Shown here: piece after piece, positions 25,696 to 35,607 of the stretch | How positions within the stretch are numbered: the first letter of the stretch is position 1 | Layout: each line of letters opens with the position of its first letter | From: an uncultured Lentisphaeraceae bacterium | GTDB taxonomy: Bacteria; Verrucomicrobiota; Kiritimatiellia; RFP12; DVOR01 | Assembly (NCBI GenBank): GCA_949288955.1 | Contig: CASEMS010000015.1 | Span: forward strand, 4,269-68,268 | DNA length: 64,000 bases | Reading direction: 5' to 3' | The notes under the pieces: generated by a model | Seen by the model: only the letters and a program-made list of their open reading frames with translations | The model's database searches: none | Told to the model about the DNA's origin: nothing | Translations under genes and position numbers: made by a program

Positions 25696-26791
25696 TTCCG
25701 CACTTCCCCTCAATATTGAAGTAACGTTGCTTTAATGATGCTTGCAAGGTTTCCGCGACAAGGAGTGATGCCTGAATAGCCTTTTTCTGTTTTTCTATGC
25801 CCGCTGATTGATTGGAGAAGACTTCAATAAGCGATAAGGGCGGGAACGGCAGCTCAATCAGATCCATCATCTGATTGGTGATTTGGTTGATGGTGGTGGT
25901 TTTGGCCGTTCGGATTTGTAGACGAAAAGACGGGGTTTGGAAGAAGGCTTGGACATATTCAGGATATGGTGTCCGGATAATCTTCATGAAAGAGCCGAAA
26001 TACATAGGCTCCGGTAATCTGGGAATGATGGCGGACTTCCCCACTAATTGTATGCTTCCATTACAGGCGCACATAAGGATGTCGTTCTCTTTAACCAAAT
26101 AACGTTCTTTGATCGGTATCTTTACCCGAACCGTATCGTCCAAGACAAGCGCTTGGTTCTGAATGTTGCCGGCACGGAGAACAACCGTTCCTTCCAAAGA
26201 AACATCGATCGGTTTATAGTTCAAGCCATTATAATATTCGGCAATATCAGACAGTTTTCGTATTGGCCATTGTTTTGAGTTGGTCACCATATCGCCGAAG
26301 AGCTCGTGGAAGCGGGATTGAGCAAGGGTGTCCAACAGGGCGAGTTGGCGGCGGTAGTTGGCGATGAGCGCATCGGCTTGGTCGAGGACGGCGGCGATGC
26401 GGCGTTGCTCGGGCAAAGAGGGAATGTCAAAAACCAACTCTTTTAGCCATTTGAAGTGCCGACTATAGCCAGTATTTGGAATGGATGTCGAGGCCAAATA
26501 GTGATACAGATAGCGGGGATTTACATCGGCTTGCCTTGGGCGAAGAATCTTCGTACCATCAGCGCCAAGGAAGAAGGGTTCATCCACATACTTCGCTATA
26601 CGCGTGTGGTCACCAAAAACAATCGCAGGGACATCATTGAAAAGCCCTTCTTCTAAGTCCGTGTAACCTGCGACTTGATTATGGCCTTGATCGATAATCG
26701 GGTGCGCACCTTTCGACAGATAGTTACCCGTCTGGAGCTTCCTCCCTCGTTTTGTCTCATCTGCAAACAATTCTCGGAAGGGAACCTTCAC
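25688..26791 (-). CDS. hsdS: Type I restriction-modification specificity subunit
   Basis: Two target-recognition-domain (TRD) architecture with conserved central and C-terminal coiled regions (LPEQRRIAAVLDQADALI...). The GTG start overlaps the hsdM stop as GTGA. Low-GC gene. Confidence 0.85.
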   Translation of the reverse strand: MKVPFRELFADETKRGRKLQTGNYLSKGAHPIIDQGHNQVAGYTDLEEGLFNDVPAIVFGDHTRIAKYVDEPFFLGADGTKILRPRQADVNPRYLYHYLASTSIPNTGYSRHFKWLKELVFDIPSLPEQRRIAAVLDQADALIANYRRQLALLDTLAQSRFHELFGDMVTNSKQWPIRKLSDIAEYYNGLNYKPIDVSLEGTVVLRAGNIQNQALVLDDTVRVKIPIKERYLVKENDILMCACNGSIQLVGKSAIIPRLPEPMYFGSFMKIIRTPYPEYVQAFFQTPSFRLQIRTAKTTTINQITNQMMDLIELPFPPLSLIEVFSNQSAGIEKQKKAIQASLLVAETLQASLKQRYFNIEGKCGND

Positions 26792-28308
26792 AGCATGGCC
26801 TCCAGGTTGGCGAGGGAGGCGGCGGCTTGGGCGTTGAGGGATTTGAGTTCGGCGAGGAGCTGGGAAGTGGGGGGATAGGCGACGGGGACGTAGGGGATTT
26901 CTTTGTATTTGTTGATGGAGAGGTCGTAGGCGTTGGCGGCAAGTTCGGCTTTGGGGACGAGGAAACTTTGGGCGGTGCGGGGGCGGGCAGCCTCGGCGGG
27001 GAGATTGGCGAATCGGGCGAGGATGTCTGGGATGTCGTTGGCGTCGATGGGGTTACGTTTGTCGTCGAGGGAGAAGCCGTCGGCGCGCATATCGTAGAAC
27101 CAGACGTTGTCGGTGCCGCCGGAGCCGGTTTTGGTGAAGACGAGGATGGCAGTGGAGACGCCGGCATAGGGCTTGAAGACGCCGGAGGGCATGGAGACGA
27201 CGGCGCGGAGGGCGTGGTCCTCGACAAGCATTTTCCGCAAGGCGCGGTGGGCTTTGGAGGAACCGAAAAGGACTCCGTCGGGGACGATGCAGGCGCAACG
27301 GCCGCCGAGTTTGAGGAGGCGGAGGAAGAGAGCGACGAAAAGGAGCTCGGTCTTTTTGGTGTCGGCGACGGCGCGGAGGTCGGGGCTGATGGATGCCTCG
27401 TCGACGTTGCCTTTGAAGGGCGGGTTGGCGAGGCAGACGGTGAAGGCGTTCGCGCGTGCGCACTGCTTAGAGACGCTGTCTTGGTAGGCGATTTCGGGGT
27501 GTCGGATGCCGTGCAGCATGAGGTTCATGGCGGCGATGCGCAACATGGTGCGATCCATGTCAAAGCCGGTGAAGAGCGCGCCCTCGAAATGGCGCCATTG
27601 GGGCTCGGTCATGGTGTCGCCGTGGCGGGTGCGGATCCATTCGGCTGCTGAGATGAGGAAACCGGCGGTGCCGCAGGCGGGGTCGCAGAGGGTGTCGTCC
27701 GGGGTTGGGGCGACGAGGGCGACCATCAGCTCGCGAATGTGTTTGGGCGTGCGGAATTGGCCGTTGCGCCCGGAGGTGGCCAGCTTGCTGAGCATGTATT
27801 CGTAAAGATCGCCGCGGACGTCTTGGTCGCGCAGGTCGTGCTCGTAGAGCTCGTCCAAGCCGGCGACGAGTTTTTGGAGCATTTGCGGCGTGGGGATGAG
27901 GAAGATGGCGTCTTCCATGTAGCGGGCGAAGGCGGTCTCCGGCTCGTCGCCGCCGGGGCGGGCCTCGGCGAAGTCGGGGGCGTCTGGATCCGGCAATGTT
28001 CCGCCGCGCATGGCCTTGATGGCGGGGAAGACGCGGTCGCGCACGATGGCAAACATTTCGCGGGGGTCACGGTTCTTGAAGCGGCTCCACCGCATGGACT
28101 GCCCCGCCACGGATTGGGGGAAGAGGCGGGGGCGATTTGTGGGGCCAAGCCGCCCCAAGCGCTCCGTCTCGCGCTCCTGCTCATCCAAATCGTGAATGAA
28201 CATCAGGTAAGTCAGTTGCTCGATGCCCTTCAGAGGATCGGCGATGCCGCCGTTCCACAAATCCGTCCAAATCCTATCGACCTTACCCTTGATTGCGCCC
28301 GTGATCAT
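26788..28308 (-). CDS. hsdM: Type I restriction-modification N6-adenine DNA methyltransferase subunit
   Basis: HsdM N-domain (ITGAIKGKVDRIWTDLWNGGI) and the NPPF catalytic motif (CLANPPFKG). Start chosen at ATG 28308, which has a GAAAGG RBS. An alternative upstream ATG at 28332 exists. Confidence 0.88.
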   Translation of the reverse strand: MITGAIKGKVDRIWTDLWNGGIADPLKGIEQLTYLMFIHDLDEQERETERLGRLGPTNRPRLFPQSVAGQSMRWSRFKNRDPREMFAIVRDRVFPAIKAMRGGTLPDPDAPDFAEARPGGDEPETAFARYMEDAIFLIPTPQMLQKLVAGLDELYEHDLRDQDVRGDLYEYMLSKLATSGRNGQFRTPKHIRELMVALVAPTPDDTLCDPACGTAGFLISAAEWIRTRHGDTMTEPQWRHFEGALFTGFDMDRTMLRIAAMNLMLHGIRHPEIAYQDSVSKQCARANAFTVCLANPPFKGNVDEASISPDLRAVADTKKTELLFVALFLRLLKLGGRCACIVPDGVLFGSSKAHRALRKMLVEDHALRAVVSMPSGVFKPYAGVSTAILVFTKTGSGGTDNVWFYDMRADGFSLDDKRNPIDANDIPDILARFANLPAEAARPRTAQSFLVPKAELAANAYDLSINKYKEIPYVPVAYPPTSQLLAELKSLNAQAAASLANLEAML

Positions 28309-28379
28309 GCCAAACCTTTCCGTAGCCCGCATTGTAACAAACTTTGCGCAATACCTCCCCGTCGAAGACGGTTACGCAA

Positions 28380-29900
28380 TCAGGCGTCGACGAAGAGCTC
28401 GGCGGTGGCGAAGAGGGGGTCGTTGGTGGCGCGGATGCCGAGGCGGCGGAGGCCGGCCTCGTCGCCGGGGGTGAGCATATGGGAGAGGTGCATCTCGCAG
28501 TCGCGCAGGTCGGCGAGGCGTTCGAGGGCGGCCTTGGCGTCGGGATCGGTGGCAGCGCAGATGGCGAGGGAGACGAGGGTCTCGTCGAGGTTGAGCGAAC
28601 CGTACTTGCCCTTGAGGATGCCCTGCTTCATGTGGGTGACGGAGGCGATGGTCTCGGGGGCGAGGAGGTGGCGGCCCTGCGGGATGCCGGCCAGGCGCTT
28701 GACGGCGTTGAGCACGGTGGCGGCGGCGGCGTGGAGGTGGGGAGAGTTCTTGCCGCGAACGATCTCGCCGTCGGGCAGCTCCAAGGCCGCGCCGCAGGCC
28801 ACGCCTTCGAGGGCATGGGTGAGCGAGGCGTCGTGCGCGGCCTGGCGCGCGGGCACCACCACGGCGCGGTCCTCGGGGCTGAGGCGCAGTTGGCGCATGA
28901 GCCGCTCAAGGATCTCCACGGGGCGCTTGTCGGAGGAGCCTTTGGCGACCGCGTCGGAGAGGTGGCGGAAGTAACGGCGGATGACCTCCTGACGCGCGGC
29001 CTCCTGGCAGACGGCGTCGTCCACGATGCCGGCGGAGATACGGTTCACGCCCATGTCGGTGGGGCTCTTGTAGGGGCACTCGCCGCCGCGGTCGAGGCGC
29101 GTCCAGATCTCGCGCAGGAGGGGGAAGGCGTCCACGTCGCGGTTGTAATTCACGGCCACCTTGCCGTAGGCCTCCAGGTGGAAGGGGTCGATCATGTTGA
29201 TGTCACCCAGGTCGGCGGTGGCGGCCTCGTAGGCGAGGTTCACGGGATGCTTGAGGGGCAGATCCCAGACGGGGAAGGTCTCGAACTTGGCGTAACCGGC
29301 GGGGCGGCCGGCCATGCGGTCGTGATAGAGCATGGTCAGGCAGGTGGCCAACTTGCCGGAGCCGGGGCCGGGGCCGGTGACCACCACGATGGGGCGCGTC
29401 GTCTCCACGTAGGCGTTGGCGCCGTAACCTTCGGGGGAGACCACCAGGTCAAGGTTGGAGGGATAGCCCGGCACCGCGCGGTGCAGCTTCACCGTCACCC
29501 CGCGCGACTCCAACTTGTTGCGGAACTGCAACGCCGCAGGCTGACCGTCAAACCGCGTGATCACCACCGCACAGACGTGGATGCCCCAGGCGCGGAGCGA
29601 ATCGATGAGCTTGAGCGCGTCGTCGTCGTAGGAGATGCCGAAGTCCGCGCGCATCTTCTTGCGCTCGATGTCCTCCGCGTAGACGCAGAGGATGATCTCC
29701 GCCTTGTCCCCCAACGAGCGGAGCAGGCGCAATTTCGCGTTCGGGTCGTAGCCCGGCAACACGCGCGCGGCGTGGTAGTCGAACATCAGCTTCCCGCCGA
29801 ACTCCAGATAAAGTTTGTTGCCGAAAGCCTCCGCCCGCGCCATCAGGCCCTCGGCCTGTTTCCGCAAATACGCCTCGTTGTCGAATCCGATCTTCCGCAT
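28380..29900 (-). CDS. DUF1846 / UPF0371 family protein
   Basis: Matches the conserved UPF0371 blocks KLYLEFGGKL, AARVLPGY, GPGSGKLATC, FETFPVW, HPVNLAYEAATADL and NMIDPFHL. Start at internal ATG 29900 (MRKIGFDNEAYL). Confidence 0.7.
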   Translation of the reverse strand: MRKIGFDNEAYLRKQAEGLMARAEAFGNKLYLEFGGKLMFDYHAARVLPGYDPNAKLRLLRSLGDKAEIILCVYAEDIERKKMRADFGISYDDDALKLIDSLRAWGIHVCAVVITRFDGQPAALQFRNKLESRGVTVKLHRAVPGYPSNLDLVVSPEGYGANAYVETTRPIVVVTGPGPGSGKLATCLTMLYHDRMAGRPAGYAKFETFPVWDLPLKHPVNLAYEAATADLGDINMIDPFHLEAYGKVAVNYNRDVDAFPLLREIWTRLDRGGECPYKSPTDMGVNRISAGIVDDAVCQEAARQEVIRRYFRHLSDAVAKGSSDKRPVEILERLMRQLRLSPEDRAVVVPARQAAHDASLTHALEGVACGAALELPDGEIVRGKNSPHLHAAAATVLNAVKRLAGIPQGRHLLAPETIASVTHMKQGILKGKYGSLNLDETLVSLAICAATDPDAKAALERLADLRDCEMHLSHMLTPGDEAGLRRLGIRATNDPLFATAELFVDA

Positions 29901-30068
29901 ATCCGTGCTCCGCTGCTTCAACGGCCCGTCCGGGCCGACACGGGGCACCATTATAACACACCCGGGCCCGTCGTGGGAATGCGCCGCGAACAGGCCAAGC
30001 GTCTCCAGGGCCAATCGACGCCCCACGTTTTCCCTCGCAGGCACCAAGGTGCCCGGCGATAGCGAACG

Positions 30069-30200
30069 CCCCCGATCCTCATCGGGTCAGCCCCCGATCC
30101 TCAGCGAGTCGGCCCCCGATCCTCAGCGAGTCGGCCCCCGATCCTCAGCGAGTCGGCCCCCGATCCTCAGCGAGTCGGCCCCCGATCCATCCTCTATGCG
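30069..30200. repeat. Six tandem 22-bp units (CCCCCGATCCTCAGCGAGTCGG), four of them identical
   Basis: Direct tandem array seen in the DUF1846 / lysS intergenic region. There are no spacers, so this is not CRISPR. The unit is the reverse-strand relative of the GGATCAGCCGCTGA family. Confidence 0.85.
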
Positions 30201-30212
30201 GCGGGGCACAAA

Positions 30213-30250
30213 AAAAAACGCCCCCGGCGGATACCGGGGGCGTTTTGGGA
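30213..30250 (-). terminator. Rho-independent terminator of lysS
   Basis: aaaaaaaaacgcccccggcggataccgggggcgttttgg: on the minus strand this is a hairpin followed by a 9-T run, immediately after the lysS stop. Confidence 0.65.
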
Positions 30251-30263
30251 TGGCACGGGCGGG

Positions 30264-31706
30264 TCAGCCTTCCTGCTTGAGCTGGGGGAAGAGGATGACG
30301 TCGCGGATGACCTCGGTGTCGGTGAGAAGCATGACCAGGCGGTCGATGCCCATGCCGAGGCCGCCGGTGGGCGGCATACCGTATTCCAGCGCCTCCACGA
30401 AGTCGAGGTCGGTGGGCTCGGCGTCGGCCTCGACCTGACGGGTGAAGGCCTCGCGCTGGGCGTCGGGGTCGTTCTGCTCGGTGTAGCCGGGACAGAGCTC
30501 CTTGCCGGCGACGACGAACTCGAAGACGTCCACCAACGAAGGGTCGTCGGGGCAGGCCTTGGCGAGGGGGACGTACTGCTTGGGGATGCGGGTAACAAAG
30601 GTGGGTTGGAAGAGGGTCTTCTCGATGAGCTTGTCGTAGACCTCGTGGGAGAGGGTGAGGTGGTCGACGATTTCGGGGGTGAGCTCCAACCCGGCCTCGG
30701 CGGCGCGGGCGCGGGCGGTCTCGTAATCGAGCGTGAACCAGTCGGCGCCCATACGTTCCTCAATCAGCTCGCGCTGGGAGACTTCGCGGTAGGGCGGCTC
30801 GAAGTTGAGGATCTTGCCGTCGGGGCCGTAGGGGATCTGGCGGGTGCCGAGGACGGTGTCGCAGAGGTGGGGGAGAAGACCCTCGATGAGGCGCTTCATG
30901 GAGGTGCGGTCGCCGTAGGCCTCGTAGACCTCGAGGACGGTGAACTCGGGGTTGTGCGTGCGGTCGATGCCCTCGTTGCGGAAGTCCTTGCCCAACTCGA
31001 AGATTTTGTCAAAGCCGCCGACAAGGAGGCGCTTGAGGTAGAGCTCCGGGGCGATGCGCAGCACCATCTCGCGGTCGAGGGCGTTGTGGTGGGTGACGAA
31101 GGGTTTGGCGGCGGCGCCGCCGGCCTGCGCCTGCATGATGGGCGTCTCGACCTCGACGAAGCCTTGGGCGGTGAGATAGTTGCGGATGCCAAGGAGAATC
31201 TTGTGGCGCTTGTCGAAGCGGGCGCGGCTCTCGGGGTTGGACATCAGGTCAAGGTAGCGGCGGCGGTAACGCTCCTCCTGGTCTTGGAGGCCGTGCCACT
31301 TCTCGGGGGGCTGGCGGACGGCCTTGGAGAGGAGCACCCACTCGGCGACCTGGACGGTCTTCTCGCCGGCCTGGGTGGTGAAGAGCGTGCCCTTGACGCC
31401 GATGATGTCGCCGAGGTCAAGGAGTTTCGCCGCGTTGTAGGCGGCCTCGCCCACGGCGTCGCGCTTGAGCAGAATCTGGAAGGCGTCGGTGCCATCGTTG
31501 AGATGGATGAACATCAGCTTGCCCATGCGGCGCTTGGTCTGGATACGCCCGGCGACGGCGACGGCGCGGCCCTCCTCGAAGGCGGCGCGGGTCTCGCGGA
31601 GGGTGCCGGTGCGGGCGAAGGCGTGGCCGTAGGGGGCGTAGCCGAGGGCGGCGAGGGCCTCGCGGTTGGCGATGCGTTGGGCGCGGTACTGGTCGGTCGG
31701 TTCCAT
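30264..31706 (-). CDS. lysS: Lysyl-tRNA synthetase (class II)
   Basis: OB-fold anticodon-binding domain plus class II motifs (FRNEGID, GGLGMGIDRLVMLL). Start at ATG 31706 (MEPTDQY), which has a GGAGTG RBS. Confidence 0.95.
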   Translation of the reverse strand: MEPTDQYRAQRIANREALAALGYAPYGHAFARTGTLRETRAAFEEGRAVAVAGRIQTKRRMGKLMFIHLNDGTDAFQILLKRDAVGEAAYNAAKLLDLGDIIGVKGTLFTTQAGEKTVQVAEWVLLSKAVRQPPEKWHGLQDQEERYRRRYLDLMSNPESRARFDKRHKILLGIRNYLTAQGFVEVETPIMQAQAGGAAAKPFVTHHNALDREMVLRIAPELYLKRLLVGGFDKIFELGKDFRNEGIDRTHNPEFTVLEVYEAYGDRTSMKRLIEGLLPHLCDTVLGTRQIPYGPDGKILNFEPPYREVSQRELIEERMGADWFTLDYETARARAAEAGLELTPEIVDHLTLSHEVYDKLIEKTLFQPTFVTRIPKQYVPLAKACPDDPSLVDVFEFVVAGKELCPGYTEQNDPDAQREAFTRQVEADAEPTDLDFVEALEYGMPPTGGLGMGIDRLVMLLTDTEVIRDVILFPQLKQEG

Positions 31707-31711
31707 GCGGC

Positions 31712-33709
31712 TCACTCCAAGACGGCGTTGACAAGGGCGGTGAGGTTGGCGTCGGTAAAGCCGAAGTGCTCGGCGAGCACGGCGGCGGGCCCGGAGACGC
31801 CCCAGCCGGACATGGCCAGCGTGCGCCCGGCATCCCCCACGTAACGTTCCCAGCCCATCGGGATGGCGGCCTCGACGGCGACGCGCCGGGTGACGCAGCG
31901 GGGCAGGACGGCCTCGCGGTAGTCCGCCGTCTGCCGCTCGAAGAGGAACCAACTGGGCATGGAGACCACGCGGAGGTTACGCGGGTGGGCCTGCGCCACG
32001 CGGAGCGCGAGGGAGACCTCGGAGCCGGAGGCGATGAGGATGGCCTCCGGGTCGGCCGAAGGGTCGCGCTGCCAGAGCACGTAGGCGCCCTTGGCGAGGC
32101 CCTCGGCGGGGGCGAGCGCGGCGCGGTCGAGCACCGGCAGGTTCTGGCGGGAGAGCATCAGGCAGGTGGGGCCGTCCTGACGGCGGAGGGCCACCTCCCA
32201 GGCCACGGCGGTCTCCGTGGCGTCGGCGGGGCGGAGGTCGCAGACGTTGGGGATGGCGCGGAGGGCGGGCAGCTGCTCCACGGGCTCGTGCGTCGGCCCA
32301 TCCTCGCCCACGTAGAAGCTGTCGTGGGTGAGCACGTAGGTCACCGGCACGCCCATGAGCGCGGCGACGCGGAGGGCGGGGCGCGCGTAGTCGCAGAAGA
32401 CGAAGAAGGTGCCGCCGTAGACGCGCAGGCCGCCGTGCGCGGCGATGCCGTTCATCACGCCGCCCATGCCGAACTCACGCACGCCGAAGTGGAAATTGCG
32501 CCCCGCGAAGTCCCCGCGCGCCACGTCGCCCAAGCCGTTCAGGGCCGTCATGTTCGAGGGCGCCAGGTCGGCCGAGCCGCCCACCAGCCACGGGCAGGCC
32601 CCGGCGATGGCGTTGAGCACCTTGCCCGAGGCGACGCGGGTGGAGACAGGCTTGCCACCCCAATCGGGGATGAGCGCGGCGAAGTCCGCCGGCAGGCGTT
32701 GCTCCATGAAGCACGCCCAGCGTGCCGCGAAGTCCGCGTCCGCGGCGCAGGCCGCACGAAGCTCGCGGGCCCACTTGGCACGGCGGCGGCGCATCTTGGC
32801 GGCGCGCGCGTCGAAGAGTGCGCGGACGGCCTCGGGCACCACGAAGGAGGCGTCCGGGTCGAAGCCCAGAGCCTGCTTGGTGAGGCGGAGCTCCTCGGGC
32901 CCCAACGGTGCGCCGTGGCTGGCCGCCGTGCCGGCCTTGTTGGGCGAGCCCTTGCCGATGACGGTGCGGCAGATGATGAACGTGGGGCGGTCCTCCGAGC
33001 GCGCGGCCTTGCGCAGGACGCGGTCGATGTCCGCGAAGTCGTGGCCGTCGCACGTCAGCACGCGCCAACCGTAGCTCTCGAAGCGGCGCTTCGTGTCGTC
33101 GGCCACCGCCAAGCCAATGGGGCCCTCGATGGAGATGTCGTTGGAATCGTAGAGGAGCGTCAGCTTGCCCAAGCCCAAGGCACCCGCCAACGAGCACGCC
33201 TCATGGGAGATGCCCTCCTCCAGGTCGCCGTCGCCGCAGGTCACCCACGTGCGGTGATCCACCACCGTGCGCCCCTCCGCGTTGAGGCGCGCGGCCAACA
33301 TCCGCTCGGCCACGGCCATGCCGACGGCGGCGGCGATGCCCTGCCCCAACGGACCAGTCGTCGTCTCCACCCCCGGTGTTACGCCAAACTCCGGGTGCCC
33401 CGGCGTCCGCGCCCCCAGCTGACGGAACTGGCGCAGGTCGTCCAACGTAAGCTCAAAGCCCGCCAGGTGGAGCACCGCATACAGCAGCGACGACGCGTGC
33501 CCGCCCGACATCACGAAGCGATCCCGATCCGCCCACGCCGGATCCGCCCCGCAGACCTTCAGATGACGCAGCCACAGGCAAGCCACCACGTCGGCCAGGC
33601 CCAACGCCACCCCGGGATGGCCGGAGTTCGCCGCCTGCACCTCGTCCGCCGCCAAGCACCGCAACGTGTTGGCCGCCAAAAGCAACGCGTTCTCATCCAG
33701 TTTGCTCAT
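31712..33709 (-). CDS. tkt: Transketolase
   Basis: TPP-binding region GHPG...GDGDLEEGISHEA and transketolase Pyr and C-terminal domains. Start at ATG 33709 (MSKLDENALL), which has an AGAGGA RBS. Confidence 0.95.
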   Translation of the reverse strand: MSKLDENALLLAANTLRCLAADEVQAANSGHPGVALGLADVVACLWLRHLKVCGADPAWADRDRFVMSGGHASSLLYAVLHLAGFELTLDDLRQFRQLGARTPGHPEFGVTPGVETTTGPLGQGIAAAVGMAVAERMLAARLNAEGRTVVDHRTWVTCGDGDLEEGISHEACSLAGALGLGKLTLLYDSNDISIEGPIGLAVADDTKRRFESYGWRVLTCDGHDFADIDRVLRKAARSEDRPTFIICRTVIGKGSPNKAGTAASHGAPLGPEELRLTKQALGFDPDASFVVPEAVRALFDARAAKMRRRRAKWARELRAACAADADFAARWACFMEQRLPADFAALIPDWGGKPVSTRVASGKVLNAIAGACPWLVGGSADLAPSNMTALNGLGDVARGDFAGRNFHFGVREFGMGGVMNGIAAHGGLRVYGGTFFVFCDYARPALRVAALMGVPVTYVLTHDSFYVGEDGPTHEPVEQLPALRAIPNVCDLRPADATETAVAWEVALRRQDGPTCLMLSRQNLPVLDRAALAPAEGLAKGAYVLWQRDPSADPEAILIASGSEVSLALRVAQAHPRNLRVVSMPSWFLFERQTADYREAVLPRCVTRRVAVEAAIPMGWERYVGDAGRTLAMSGWGVSGPAAVLAEHFGFTDANLTALVNAVLE

Positions 33710-34058
33710 CGCAAATCCTCTCTTCAAGCCTAGCAAGAAAGTAGAAACGATACCAAAAACGCCCCCCACCCGCAAATCCCGGCCCCCTGCGCCCTCCGCG
33801 AATCATCCACAATAGACTTGCGTGGGGGCAGGAAAGAAGAGCAAGAGAAAGAAAAGTGGGCTGGCAGAGGTCGAAGTGGCGCAGATGTGGGAACGCCCCA
33901 GGGCGGTTTGACGGGGATGGAGGAGATGGAGTATGGTATGAACCAACGTTGGCGGGCAACGACGCCCGGCGGGCGAGGGAGACACACCGGTGGGCAGATG
34001 GAGACCTCCCACAAGGCAGAGGCAAACGCCCGTAAGTCGGATAAGCGGAGGATGCGCA

Positions 34059-35594
34059 ATGCGAATGTCGGTGATGGCGGCCGTGGTGGCCGTGTGTTTG
34101 GCGGCCTCATTGAAGGCGCAGGCGGTGCTTTTGGAGTGGCCGGGGAACCCGCGCCAACCATTGGAAGCGATGGCGTGCTTCCATCTGGAGGACTATCTGA
34201 AAAGGAACGACCTCGCGTTCGGCGGGGTGATGCGCTTCGATCCTGCATGGGCGCAGACCAACACGTACACGCGCTGGGCGTTGTGCGATTTCACGCTGTC
34301 GCTCAAGGTGCGGGTGCCACTGCGCGAGGGGGAAGCCTATCCGGTGGCGCGCTTTAACGCCTTCCCTGGCAATGGCGCGTTGCCGAACCGCACGATGGTG
34401 CTGGAGATTGCGCCGGCGCCGGGCGGTGGGCACCGGTTGGTCTTCCGGAAAGACCGCCTGCCGTTGGTCGAGGGCGCGGGGGCGGTGTTGGCTCCCTTCC
34501 CCAAGGCATTGGCGAACCGCTGGGCACATGTGGCGCTCTCGGTGGGAAAACTGAAGGAGGCGGACGCTCCCGAAAGTGGTGCGCCTGGGCTTCTGGCCGT
34601 GAACGGGAAGGTTACGACTGGGCCGGTGTGGTGCGACCTTTGGGGCGGGCCGCTGCGCTTCGTTGGCCTGGGCGGGCCTGGGATGGGGATCGCGGCCGTC
34701 TCGTTGCGGCTGGGTGCGCTCTCGGGTGGGATGTCGGCGTTGCGGACGTTGGCGTCTCGGCCGGTCGCGAAGACCTTCCCAGAGCGGCGTGCGCAGCCCC
34801 ACCCGACGCTTGCCAATGACTTCGGCAACAATCCCACCGTTTACGGCCCGGAGCAGTTCCACGTCAGTGCCTTCGATCTCTCCCCTTCCCTGCTGACGGC
34901 AGGGCAGACCAACCGCGAGGCGACGCCCAACGGGATGGGCGGGCGCCACGAGGTCAGAACCTCCTATGCGAACTCCGCCTTTCGTCGTAGCTGGCCTTGG
35001 CTGGAGGATCCGCTCGTCTGCGGCGATGGTTTCGCCATCGTCTTCGTGGCCAAGTCTCTCTCCGCGCCCGGTGCCACCCTTTTCTGCCAGAGCATCGGGA
35101 CGCGGCACTATCGGCGCGACACGGTCTTCCACGACCACATCGCCCTAGAGACAGGGTTGCGCCCCGAGGATCTGCGCCTCACCTTCGCGCTGAACGGGCG
35201 AGAGGTCGGCCCCCTCGCCTTCACGTTGCCGGACGCCTCCACCGCCTATCATTGTTACGCACTCAACTACGATAAAGGCACGCTGGGGTTGTGGGTCGAC
35301 GGCGTGCCCATCGGGAAACTGGAAACGCCGGCATCCGAATGGCCGCACGACCCCTCCGCGCCCTTTCTCACCGACCCCCATCGCCTGACTCTCACCGCCT
35401 TCCGCTTCGGTCGGCACGTGGCCGACAACAATACGGTGACCTTCAGGCCGGACTACGTGATTGACGACCTCGCCTTCTACGGTCGCGCGCTCTCACCCAA
35501 GGAGATCGCCGCCGCCGCGGCCGCCTTCACCCTCACCGGCAAGCCGCCCAAGGCCAATTCCGGCCGCGTCGAGCCCCCCGCCAAGCAACCCTGA
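34059..35594 (+). CDS. Secreted protein with two concanavalin A-like / laminin-G-like (LamG) domains
   Basis: Signal peptide MRMSVMAAVVAVCLAASLKAQA after a GGAGG RBS. LamG-type terminal strand motif YVIDDLAFYGRALSPKEI. Paralogous to the next gene. Confidence 0.7.
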   Translation: MRMSVMAAVVAVCLAASLKAQAVLLEWPGNPRQPLEAMACFHLEDYLKRNDLAFGGVMRFDPAWAQTNTYTRWALCDFTLSLKVRVPLREGEAYPVARFNAFPGNGALPNRTMVLEIAPAPGGGHRLVFRKDRLPLVEGAGAVLAPFPKALANRWAHVALSVGKLKEADAPESGAPGLLAVNGKVTTGPVWCDLWGGPLRFVGLGGPGMGIAAVSLRLGALSGGMSALRTLASRPVAKTFPERRAQPHPTLANDFGNNPTVYGPEQFHVSAFDLSPSLLTAGQTNREATPNGMGGRHEVRTSYANSAFRRSWPWLEDPLVCGDGFAIVFVAKSLSAPGATLFCQSIGTRHYRRDTVFHDHIALETGLRPEDLRLTFALNGREVGPLAFTLPDASTAYHCYALNYDKGTLGLWVDGVPIGKLETPASEWPHDPSAPFLTDPHRLTLTAFRFGRHVADNNTVTFRPDYVIDDLAFYGRALSPKEIAAAAAAFTLTGKPPKANSGRVEPPAKQP

Positions 35595-35607
35595 AGGAGC
35601 CTCCTCC

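Noticed and set aside
25696-25713. Longer N-terminus (MRGSAE-) for the hsd-embedded gene
   Set aside because: The upstream 'M' is a TTG codon lying inside hsdS. The ATG at 25695 has a strong GAGGGGAAG RBS.
30069-30200. Possible CRISPR array
   Set aside because: The units are contiguous 22-bp tandem repeats with no spacers. The same applies to the other 22-bp arrays. No cas genes are present.
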